A stretch of 64,000 nucleotides of DNA from a virus, in IMG/VR virus record IMGVR_UViG_3300047319_000185, positions 32,001 to 96,000 of that record. One strand, given 5' to 3'. The notes under the pieces were generated by a model. That model made no database searches, had not been told where the DNA came from, and worked only from the letters and a program-made list of their open reading frames with translations. Shown in pieces: positions 55,537 to 64,000 of the stretch. The stretch's first letter is position 1. Each line of letters starts with the position of its first letter. The position numbers and the translations under genes were made by a program.

Positions 55537-56934
55537 ATGTCTGTCACCACGCTCGCTGCCGAGGAACTCACCGCCATGCTGTCCAGGATGACCTATTCCA
55601 TGATCGGCAAGGGAAAGGCTATCCACCTGTCCAAGGCAGGAACCACCATGTGTGGCAAGTCTGTGGACCTGTACACAGTGAATCCGGCAGACTACCCCGC
55701 TTATGACATCTGCAAGCGGTGCATGGTCACTGCTGAGAAGAACTACCGCATGGAGCGCAAGATTTCCTACGGTGTCATGCGTGACCAGGAATTGGACCGT
55801 ATGACCTACGGTGGAAAGCCTTTCACTAAGGCTGAAGAGAACGCTGCAATTGAGGACGCGATGCAGTATGCGGGAAGGACTACGAATGCAAATATCGCCA
55901 TTCTCACCGCAGACGGATTCGTTGAGTGCACTCCCGAAATTCTGGAGAGCGCGCTGAATGGGCTTGTCACACCTAAGCGTGCCTGCGAGTGCTGCGGTAC
56001 GGAGACAGAAGACTTCGGCGCTCCTGAGGTACTCATGTGTGAGCCGTGTGAGGAGCGCCACTGTGAGGCTGATGGACAGTGCTCCTCCGGTGATGCTGAT
56101 TGGGACCCTGAGATTCAGGTGATGCGTCAGTTGTTCCCTGAGTATTCCGATGAGCAGATTCGGGAGATTCTCGACCGTCCCGAATTCTCTTACCCGAATG
56201 AGAACGACTATGAGGATGCAGATGCATTCGAGTCGGGAATTCGGAATGCGAATGACACAGCGCGGGAAGAGGGATTCGCTATCTCTTCCCCTGAGTGGCT
56301 GGACTGCTTTCAGCGTTCCTATGAGTCCATGCACATTGAGAATGAGGACCGACGCATCAATGCCGCATTTGAGGCAGAACAAGATGCCGAATTGACTGCA
56401 CTTGACGCTGAGTACGACCGTCAGCAGCACAACCCCATGGATGAGCGGCACGAGGAATATCTTGTGACCTATCCCTACATGGTTGGGGAGAATCTCGTGT
56501 ACGCGTGCTGTGAGTCCGAAATCGGTCCTGTCTGTGAGCATCTGCGTGATGTGTCTGAGGAGTGGCACGTATTCGCCATGGGTGAATGGCACTCCATGAT
56601 GTACGAGGGTTACGCGCCGATCTGCATTCTCATTGACGGTATTTACCAGGATGTTGATTATCGTCATCACGCTGGCGATTGCAACAACATGTGTGTCCTG
56701 GGTGATGAGACTCCGATGGAAGACACCATGAATGCTCCCGAAATGGTGGAGGCGCGTCTGTCCATTGAGGTTGACGGAATCACGGTTGATCTCGGATTCC
56801 ACACATTCGAGATTCCCCCGCTGTGTGAGAAGTCCATTGCGACTCTCTACGGAGAGAAGTATGGGGAATGGAAGCGTCCCGGCATCGTTGAGTGGGATGA
56901 CGTGCTGACTGTCACAGAGCAGTACGCACTTTAG
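55537..56934 (+). CDS. Large acidic mosaic early protein with Cys clusters
   Basis: GAAAGGA RBS; IH...CG...IC..C N-terminus like 53684. Confidence 0.7.
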   Translation: MSVTTLAAEELTAMLSRMTYSMIGKGKAIHLSKAGTTMCGKSVDLYTVNPADYPAYDICKRCMVTAEKNYRMERKISYGVMRDQELDRMTYGGKPFTKAEENAAIEDAMQYAGRTTNANIAILTADGFVECTPEILESALNGLVTPKRACECCGTETEDFGAPEVLMCEPCEERHCEADGQCSSGDADWDPEIQVMRQLFPEYSDEQIREILDRPEFSYPNENDYEDADAFESGIRNANDTAREEGFAISSPEWLDCFQRSYESMHIENEDRRINAAFEAEQDAELTALDAEYDRQQHNPMDERHEEYLVTYPYMVGENLVYACCESEIGPVCEHLRDVSEEWHVFAMGEWHSMMYEGYAPICILIDGIYQDVDYRHHAGDCNNMCVLGDETPMEDTMNAPEMVEARLSIEVDGITVDLGFHTFEIPPLCEKSIATLYGEKYGEWKRPGIVEWDDVLTVTEQYAL

Positions 56935-57025
56935 AACGCCCGTAACAGCCCCTCTGCCGCTTGTACAGGGTGGAGGGGTCCCGTTGGTCCAACCACACAG
57001 TTTGATCTTGTCAGAGAGGCATACA

Positions 57026-57397
57026 ATGCAGTTCATCGTTACGGCACACCCTGAGGCATTCACTGATGTTGATGCCGCGCAGCAGTTCGCCGCGAATTTG
57101 GTCCGGGACACAGGAGAGACTCTCTATGTCCTTCCTGTCGGTAATCGGATGCCAGGTTTCAAGGTTGAGAACGTCGGAATCATGGTGACGTTGGAAGAGG
57201 GAGAGGAGACTGAGCAGACAGAGCAGGAATGGCAAAAGGAATTCGCCTCTGCTCTGGCAGTCGATATGAAGTTTGGTGGTGTGCCCAAGGCACGTGCTGT
57301 CAGGCTTTACCGTGATGCATTCCATTGCAGCCTTGCAGAGTCGCTTATGGCGATTGACATTGCAATCGGGGAACTGAATGCAGGAGAGGACATCTGA
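57026..57397 (+). CDS. Early-region hypothetical protein
   Basis: GAGG RBS. Confidence 0.6.
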   Translation: MQFIVTAHPEAFTDVDAAQQFAANLVRDTGETLYVLPVGNRMPGFKVENVGIMVTLEEGEETEQTEQEWQKEFASALAVDMKFGGVPKARAVRLYRDAFHCSLAESLMAIDIAIGELNAGEDI

Positions 57398-57573
57398 TGG
57401 ATGAACAGGACTATTGGGACAGCGTCCATGCCGAACAGGACGATAACGATTATTGGGGTGAGATGGACGCTGAAGCGGTATACGCAGAGGAAATGGAAAT
57501 GCTGAATCGTCACGTTGCCAATTGCACAAAGGCAGAACGTGACGAATACTGCAAGATCTGCATGGAGTACTGA
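57397..57573 (+). CDS. 58-aa acidic miniprotein
   Basis: Coupled start; MDEQDYWDSVHAEQDDNDYW... Confidence 0.55.
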   Translation: MDEQDYWDSVHAEQDDNDYWGEMDAEAVYAEEMEMLNRHVANCTKAERDEYCKICMEY

Positions 57574-58011
57574 CATGTGGAATATGTGTACATGTAGGTC
57601 TCGCCGAATTCGTGGGTGGCGAAGTGTCCGTTGCTCCTACTTGGCTGACCATGTCCAGAGAAGCAAGTGGCACTGCGACAACACAAATACTGGCTACATT
57701 TGGCTAGTGCGAAAGAGATAGAACAGATCTGTATGCCTTTAGGGGTGCTGTAGGGCTTTCTGAGAGCCTCGCAGCATCTCTATGGACAGACAGTCCAGCC
57801 ATAGCCTGAAACAGCCTGAGAGGGGCCGTTGTGTTCGTTCTGATGTTCATCTCGTCATTCAGCTTGGCCAGTGCTTACTACATCGGCCGTAACCACGGAA
57901 GGCAGGGGAAATGAATCCAGTACTGGAGTCTGTCCTGTATTACCTGGGCGCATGTGCAGTGACAGCGATCCTGTGGATTATCGGTGTGGCTCTGATCAAG
58001 AGGAGCGGGAA

Positions 58012-58251
58012 ATGAATGCGTGGATTTACGACGGATTCAAAGACCAGTATTTCTATGTGTGGGAGGGATTCACTGGCTACGTACGTGAGAACCCTGATCA
58101 CACGTGGTCTGCCTGTGTGTGGTTGGGTGACGAGAAGATCAGCCTCAGCCATCCCAAAGAGTCCATGACAGAGGCCATGGTGTACGCTGGTGATGCCATG
58201 TGGGATTGGCAGAGCCAGTCTGAGAGGATGATGTCTCGGCTGTACGTCTGA
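58012..58251 (+). CDS. Early-region hypothetical protein
   Basis: GAGGAG RBS. Confidence 0.6.
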   Translation: MNAWIYDGFKDQYFYVWEGFTGYVRENPDHTWSACVWLGDEKISLSHPKESMTEAMVYAGDAMWDWQSQSERMMSRLYV

Positions 58252-58260
58252 CCAGCAGAG

Positions 58261-58289
58261 TTGACCAGAAGATGAAAGTTTGGTAGTCT
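58261..58289 (+). promoter_or_regulatory. HrdB-type promoter
   Basis: TTGACC-N17-TAGTCT. Confidence 0.72.
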
Positions 58290-58456
58290 CTGGTATGTCG
58301 AAGCATTACCGTCGAAAAGCAGTTAAGTACTAAAAAACAAGATAGAGAGTTAGGGTTAAATGACTAAACCTTAACTCTCTATTTCTGTTTATCTTTTCTT
58401 TTAAATTAAGAGAAAAACTCTTAATTTAAATCAGAGGGTAAATAGGAGGAGAAAAG

Positions 58457-59319
58457 ATGTATTCCTGTTACATTCATTACGATAGTGGAAGAACCTCTAA
58501 ACTGACTGAAATTGACAAGTTGGATGTTGATAAGATTATCTACAGTAAAGAGAACACTCAAATCATCACACAGCATTCTCCCAATGGAGATATAACTGTT
58601 ATTGATATGAGTAAGGTTTACCTGATTGAATTTCTCTGGGAGGAAAAGAAGTAGTGAAAAACTATAAGGTAAAGATTTATCTTAGTGATTTCTCTTTTAC
58701 CATAACAGCAACCCTTAGTACAGAAGGAATAAGCCAACTACTTGATGCCATTTACAGTAACAGGACTAGTAAATGGAGAAAGAAGACAACCTTTACTGTT
58801 ACATCCTCTGGTAGTGATCCCAGTTTTTCATTTCCTCTGGCAAATGTTTGTCTGATTGAGTTCTCTGAAGTTGTTGAAGGAGAGAAGTAATGAGTACTGA
58901 AATTCCTGAGATTCCGTCATTTCCTCTGGATTTGAACGAATTCGAGATAGCAACTCTGTTGGATGCTCTTATTGAGTATCGCAATAAGGTTGGTTATGAG
59001 GAAGAGAGCAAGTACAACTACCGGGTACTCAGGCTATACACTAAGGTTCGTAAGTTCCGTCGACTGACTCGTGAAATGGAAACTAATGAAAATGGGTGAC
59101 ATTCCTGTTCCTCTGGTTCTCACAAGGGATCAGATCAGGTTGATCCGTGGTGCTCTGTTTGTCATCAATGACTCCTGCTTTAATTGGACCGTTGATATTG
59201 TCAAGGACATTGCAGAGGTTGTTGAACTGATCGATCATGCCGAAGACAGGGCAACAATCAACAACGCCAAGTTGGTAAAGCCTACACTCTGGCAAGAGAT
59301 CATTGACTCACTCGCTTAG
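58457..59319 (+). CDS. AT-richer cassette of four coupled small genes (58457-58654, 58654-58890, 58890-59099, 59092-59319)
   Basis: Overlapping start/stop codons, strong RBS. Confidence 0.65.
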
Positions 59320-59459
59320 CCCTACCGCTAGACCCTAAAGACCCTCTAGAACGGCTAGAAATGGCCTCTAGAGGGTCTTTGGCGTTACGGGTGGACTCCA
59401 GGACCAACTGAGGTCTGTGAGGCTCTCAGAGAGGCCGTAGAATCAGTTTGGTTCAGGAC

Positions 59460-59488
59460 TTGACCTCCCTGCGGTCGGCAGGTAGTGT
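59460..59488 (+). promoter_or_regulatory. HrdB-type promoter
   Basis: TTGACC-N17-TAGTGT. Confidence 0.72.
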
Positions 59489-59620
59489 TCTGGTTGTAGG
59501 GAAGAACACGGCGGGACAGAGAGTCTAGTAACACTTTGTTCTAGTGGCTGCTTACCTTCTACAGGGACTGGCTAAATACCTCTCTGTAGCGGGTAAGGAA
59601 CTACTAGTGGAGGAGTAGTA

Positions 59621-59923
59621 ATGCAGATTGTCTATCGCAACAAGGTTGACCACGTCTCGCATGATGTGGTTGACTCTCAGGTATGGCACTGGGAAGAGGG
59701 TGGAGAGATCATCTCTGACGCTGTTGCTCAGACTATTGCGTCATGGTGGCACTATCCAAGCTCTCCGAACAGCACTGCACTCAGTACGATGGGTGCTGTG
59801 ACTGTGGACATGCACATCAGGGATTTTGCTGATGTAGGTGAGTATCTGTCGGCAGGCGAAGCGGACGCTCTTGAACTTGACGCGCTTGAGGCATACATTG
59901 TCTCAAAGCAGGATGACGAGTAA
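59621..59923 (+). CDS. Acidic early protein
   Basis: GGAGG RBS. Confidence 0.65.
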   Translation: MQIVYRNKVDHVSHDVVDSQVWHWEEGGEIISDAVAQTIASWWHYPSSPNSTALSTMGAVTVDMHIRDFADVGEYLSAGEADALELDALEAYIVSKQDDE

Positions 59924-60007
59924 TTCGGTTGAATTTCCTATTAGGGATATCTTAGGAATTCCTAATAGGTTATTCGGTGAATTACCGACAAAGATATGAG
60001 GAGAATT

Positions 60008-60664
60008 ATGTCTTACGAAAGTGCATCTGTCATTAGTGCTGCTGAGTATCTTGACGAGTACTGCGAATTCGGTAACTGGCGCGATAAGGTCAACCTCAAG
60101 ACTCTGCGTATGTCTAGTATGACTGACTGCATTCTGGGCCAGGTTTACGGTGACTACAACGTGGCTGAGGCTGTTCTTAATCGGGCCTCTAGTGATGACG
60201 AGTGGGACAACGTTTCGGAGGCTTTCGAGTCTTTCCAGGATGCATGGATTGAGTATCTGAAGCCTTTCCAGAAGGATTACCTTGTCACGGGTTCTGAGTG
60301 GATTTATCAGAACATCAATGGACAGAATCCTGTTCGGCTGCATCACACTGTCATGCTTGGAACTGTTAATTATGTAGTGTTCTCGCATGTGGGCCAGGAA
60401 ATGCAGATTAGGACTGAGGCTGCTTTCCGCAAGACTTTCAAGCCTAAGCCTGAGATTGTCTACGTTGAGGGACAGCTTTATATTGGTAAGGACAAGGCTG
60501 TGCTTATGTATGGTGCCAAGATTTACTATGGCAAGCCAGGATTCTACTACCTCAATGACACTCTCTACGGTAGTCTAGAGTACTTTGAGAAGGAGCATGG
60601 TCCTCTTAAGCCCATTGAGGCAGTGAAGAATGACGGTAAGCCTGTTATTGCCAAGATTGGTTAA
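60008..60664 (+). CDS. Early-region hypothetical protein
   Basis: GAGGAG RBS. Confidence 0.7.
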   Translation: MSYESASVISAAEYLDEYCEFGNWRDKVNLKTLRMSSMTDCILGQVYGDYNVAEAVLNRASSDDEWDNVSEAFESFQDAWIEYLKPFQKDYLVTGSEWIYQNINGQNPVRLHHTVMLGTVNYVVFSHVGQEMQIRTEAAFRKTFKPKPEIVYVEGQLYIGKDKAVLMYGAKIYYGKPGFYYLNDTLYGSLEYFEKEHGPLKPIEAVKNDGKPVIAKIG

Positions 60665-60749
60665 TTGCACCTGAGTTGTCATAGGAAATCACTTCGTTGT
60701 GCGGAGTGTGTTCCTATGATTTCTCTGGCCCAATTAATCAGGGAGAATA

Positions 60750-61088
60750 ATGAGAATCAGCATGGAAATTCCCGATACCCTTGTTACTGTGGCAGATGTC
60801 ACGAATCACAAGGGAAATCCTGAGAGCATCATTGCAGTACTGGGTATTCCTCTCCTGTATTTCAATGGTGCTGGAGAGCGTAAGTACAACGAGGCAAATC
60901 CTGAGTATGACTGGCGCAGGGATAACAGTGATTGGGAGGAGCACGTGAAGTATGTGCTTGCCCGAACCATCACAAAGCTTTTGTTGGCAGATGAGACTAT
61001 AGCTGATAACTTTCAGCTTGAACCCGTATGCGGTCGGGAGATCAGCTACAATCCGTCGATTGAGTATGTTCGAGAGGACAACAACTGA
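60750..61088 (+). CDS. Early-region hypothetical protein
   Basis: GGAG RBS. Confidence 0.65.
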   Translation: MRISMEIPDTLVTVADVTNHKGNPESIIAVLGIPLLYFNGAGERKYNEANPEYDWRRDNSDWEEHVKYVLARTITKLLLADETIADNFQLEPVCGREISYNPSIEYVREDNN

Positions 61089-61489
61089 TGTACAAGTTCA
61101 CTGCTCAGGACATGGATCAGCTTTGCTCCAATGGCGCGAATTGGGGAGAATGGGCACGCGTTCAGCAGGATGAGGATGGACGCTGGGATGTCATGGGAGA
61201 GACTGGTGAGGAAATCAACTACGATTTCAAGCACGCTCACTGGCTTGAGGACAATTGGGCGAATGTTGTGCTTGCCAAGATGTTTCTTGATCAGGAGGGT
61301 TACACCTATCAAGTTCTCTACGACAATGCAGACAACACTTCGGGGTGGTGGTTTGAGAGGCTGCACCACGTCTCAGAGCGCATCTCAGCCACTGCGGAGG
61401 GTCGGGTGGCACTCTTGGAGCTTGCAGAGATGCTGAGGCGTCAGAACACCGGTTACGTGATTCTGACGGACTTCTCTCGCATCCGTTGA
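61088..61489 (+). CDS. Early-region hypothetical protein
   Basis: Coupled start. Confidence 0.65.
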   Translation: MYKFTAQDMDQLCSNGANWGEWARVQQDEDGRWDVMGETGEEINYDFKHAHWLEDNWANVVLAKMFLDQEGYTYQVLYDNADNTSGWWFERLHHVSERISATAEGRVALLELAEMLRRQNTGYVILTDFSRIR

Positions 61490-61514
61490 CAACGGACTAG
61501 GAACCAGCTAGGTT
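61486..61514 (+). promoter_or_regulatory. HrdB-type promoter with near-leaderless ATG 61521
   Basis: TTGACA-N17-TAGGTT-N6-ATG. Confidence 0.75.
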
Positions 61515-61520
61515 GAGGTT

Positions 61521-61823
61521 ATGGAAGAGATCGCAGTACGTGAGTACAGGATTTGGCTTGAGACTGGTGACCTCATGGGTTGCGCCAGTATCTATAAGCG
61601 TCGTGCATGGTGGACTGTAGAACTTGATCCGTTCTTGCATACTGAGAAAGTCAGGACTAAGGGCTTCCGCAGTGAGTCCGAAGCTGATAGCTTTGCACAG
61701 GAAACAGCCGAGAGGTACATGGCTGAGGCTATCGAGTGGGAGCGTGAGCACTGCAAGGAAATGGACTGTGAAGATGACCATGACTATGCAGAGTCCTACA
61801 GTATTCAGATAGTTGAGAGCTAG
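61521..61823 (+). CDS. Acidic early protein
   Basis: Own promoter. Confidence 0.65.
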   Translation: MEEIAVREYRIWLETGDLMGCASIYKRRAWWTVELDPFLHTEKVRTKGFRSESEADSFAQETAERYMAEAIEWEREHCKEMDCEDDHDYAESYSIQIVES

Positions 61824-61904
61824 AAAGCTTTACTGATTCAGGGCTTGAAATCCTTGGATCGGTATGGTTTCCTAGACACAGGAAACAGACCAGAGGGAGT
61901 TAAG

Positions 61905-62165
61905 ATGACTGAGCTTGAAATGATGACGCGCGTTGCTGTTCACCCGCTTGTCGTTAAGTACCGTGGCATGGTTGATGCCTATCGGAAGCGCATGGTTGAG
62001 CAGTACGGTGAGGGTTTCGATGGAGAGTGGACTGACGTGCATACTCCGGACAACCGTGGATTCACTGTCATGACTGAGGCACAGCGTGCTGAGTACAACA
62101 GTCTCCATGAGCGCACTGCGCGTGTCCGCGCCTCTGTCCGTCGCACTCTGTTCCCCACTTCCTAA
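61905..62165 (+). CDS. Early-region hypothetical protein
   Basis: GGAG RBS. Confidence 0.6.
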   Translation: MTELEMMTRVAVHPLVVKYRGMVDAYRKRMVEQYGEGFDGEWTDVHTPDNRGFTVMTEAQRAEYNSLHERTARVRASVRRTLFPTS

Positions 62166-62188
62166 TAACGTCTTAGAAAGGCATTCTC

Positions 62189-62398
62189 ATGGATTTCACT
62201 ACCTTTCCCCGATCTGACTCTGCCTACTCCGTTGTCATTAAGCGGGGAGAGCTTGAGTATGTGAGCTTCGGAAGTGTCTTCAATCTGACTAAGCGTGCGG
62301 CTGGACAGTTGACCCGTTCGCTTGCTAAGGTGGACACGCGGTACAAGAGCGCAAGGGTTCTCAAGAACACTACGGTTCGAAAGGCTGGTTTGCTCTAA
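62189..62398 (+). CDS. Basic miniprotein
   Basis: GAAAGG RBS. Confidence 0.55.
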   Translation: MDFTTFPRSDSAYSVVIKRGELEYVSFGSVFNLTKRAAGQLTRSLAKVDTRYKSARVLKNTTVRKAGLL

Positions 62399-62635
62399 TG
62401 CGTGGCAAGTATCAGAGTGTAAAGAAGCGCAAGGCAAAGCTTTACCAGGGTCGGCAGCACGACTTTGACAAGGAGTATCGCCAGACCGGAAGGCGACGCT
62501 TCGTGGACCCTAAGTACGTTCACATGACGCACAGTGACTTGGAAAGTGTAGACCTTACTAGTTGACTTTTCTCCGACACAGGCTATAGGTTGGTCTGTGT
62601 CAGGGGATGGAACACCTAGTCAGAAGGAGCAAGGA

Positions 62636-62962
62636 ATGTCCCACAAGTTTGAGAACGAGTTTGCTGAGGCTCTGTATGAGCGAAGCCTCAACGGTTTTCA
62701 TGATGACAGTCTCGGTGACTGTGTCGACTTCGGTTGGTACGGTCTGTTCCTCAAGGACCACGCGATTCTCAGCGAGAACAACCACGGTTTTGTCACTGTC
62801 TCCCGCTTTGACAGTGCTGAGGCAACCGAGGACGCGTGGGATGAGCTGACCGGAGAGTATGAAGAGTTTGAGGATGAAGCGGAAGAGTCCTTTTATGAGG
62901 GTTACGGTCAGTATGATGATGACACTTACGACAATGACTCTGATCTGATGAATGAGTACTGA
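62636..62962 (+). CDS. Highly acidic protein (possible DNA mimic)
   Basis: D/E-rich tail; promoter TTGACT-N18-TAGGTT at 62562-62591. Confidence 0.65.
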   Translation: MSHKFENEFAEALYERSLNGFHDDSLGDCVDFGWYGLFLKDHAILSENNHGFVTVSRFDSAEATEDAWDELTGEYEEFEDEAEESFYEGYGQYDDDTYDNDSDLMNEY

Positions 62963-62998
62963 GAACTAGTGGCTTGACGCACAAAGTGCTCTAGTGGC

Positions 62999-63027
62999 TT
63001 GACAGGGTCAGCCTGCCTGTGTAGGTT
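62999..63027 (+). promoter_or_regulatory. HrdB-type promoter
   Basis: TTGACA-N17-TAGGTT. Confidence 0.75.
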
Positions 63028-63078
63028 GGTCCTATCAGGTTCCTAGCTAAGTAGGAGCCAAGACAGAGAGGCAAGACT

Positions 63079-63735
63079 ATGGCTGCACGCAAGGCTGTTT
63101 CTGCTCCCACGCTTGACACTGACGTTCTGGTCAAGCTCTTTCAGATCGTTGAGTCCTTTGACTCGACTGAGGAGAATCCCACTGGCACGACTGAGATTGC
63201 AGAGGAGAATGGCACGACTCCGACTGACACGTTCAACCTGCTGGGTATGCTGGCAGATGCGGAATTGATTGACTCTGTTGGTCGTGGTCTGACTGCTGAG
63301 TGGTTCATCAGTGTCCCTGATGTCTCTACTGAGAATGCTGAGAGTGTGGCACGAGAGGCTCTGACCAACTTCACTCCTGAGACTCCGAAGCCTGCCACTA
63401 AGGCCATTCCTAAGCCTGAGAAGGCTATCGAGTCTGTGACTGGCCTTACTCGTGAGCAGGTGGCTGAGGAGGTCAAGACTGTTCAGGTCGAGATTCCTCA
63501 GAATGATGTGAACTTCCCTACTCTCATCAGTGAGCTTCGCAAGGTACGTGAGAATGCTACGAATGACCCGACTGGCTATGTTGTGCCCGATGAGGTTATT
63601 CTTCCGCCGCTTCCCAGTGGTGTGAATGAGAATACGTGGGATCTCGCCCACAATGCATTCAGCACCAATGCACGTGACACGTTTACTGCCCGACTGTTTT
63701 GGATGGAGCGGGCACGGGATCAGTTCGTTGCCTAG
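63079..63735 (+). CDS. Acidic protein with winged-HTH-like N-terminus
   Basis: T.EIAE..G.......NLL..L.DA.LI pattern. Confidence 0.6.
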   Translation: MAARKAVSAPTLDTDVLVKLFQIVESFDSTEENPTGTTEIAEENGTTPTDTFNLLGMLADAELIDSVGRGLTAEWFISVPDVSTENAESVAREALTNFTPETPKPATKAIPKPEKAIESVTGLTREQVAEEVKTVQVEIPQNDVNFPTLISELRKVRENATNDPTGYVVPDEVILPPLPSGVNENTWDLAHNAFSTNARDTFTARLFWMERARDQFVA

Positions 63736-64000
63736 TCAGCTTTAATCGTCTACCGGAAACGGTAGGCGGTTATGGCCTACTAGTTGGAGGAAGTAAATGC
63801 GTTCTGGTGATGGTTTCGCTCTTGGTTTTCTCGCACTATTCCTTATCGTAATGACTGGTCTCATTTCTGGTGAGGTGACTCATGAGAATGACCAGCACAC
63901 AGCATTCAAGCTGAAGTGTGGTCAGTCGAATGGAACAGTGACAGAGACTCGCAACACTGATTTCTGTTTCAATGGCAATGTCCTTCTGTTCAAGATGGAC

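Noticed and set aside
55489-57111. 540-aa minus-strand ORF (also 54746-55504, 57011-57673, 63043-63651)
   Set aside because: Antisense shadows of plus-strand genes that have RBSs and consistent codon bias; no RBS or recognisable motif of their own.

Overview
This is a 64-kb segment of a large lytic myovirus. The host is inferred to be an actinobacterium, probably Streptomyces, from HrdB-type TTGAC-N17/18-TAGNNT promoters, a bldA-type tRNA-Leu(UAA) and actinophage-type enzymes; the layout recalls Streptomyces phage BRock, from memory and unverified. 1-30 kb (minus strand) is the virion module: terminase, portal, scaffold, N4-gp56-type capsid, neck, sheath, tube, chaperone, tape measure with two cell-wall hydrolase domains, and baseplate. 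It also holds an inverted EndoVII cassette and a Tad1/Acb2-like gene. 30-35.5 kb encodes KTSC, MazG-like, metallophosphoesterase and Rnl1 RNA ligase genes. 35.6-46.4 kb is a cluster of 32 tRNAs covering all 20 amino acids, interleaved with HNH genes, miniproteins and structured spacers. The best candidate for something undescribed is in this cluster: a ~79-nt tmRNA reduced to its tRNA-like domain (no tag ORF), directly followed by two unannotated KOW-like miniproteins. Two non-canonical tRNA-like RNAs also lie in the cluster. 47.2-47.6 kb is an AT-rich strand switch and 47.7-52 kb holds middle genes. From about 52.1 kb the sequence becomes GC-richer and resembles an early host-takeover region with strong promoters and RNase III-like intergenic hairpins. 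All calls were made by eye without database searches; tRNA ends may be off by 1-3 nt.
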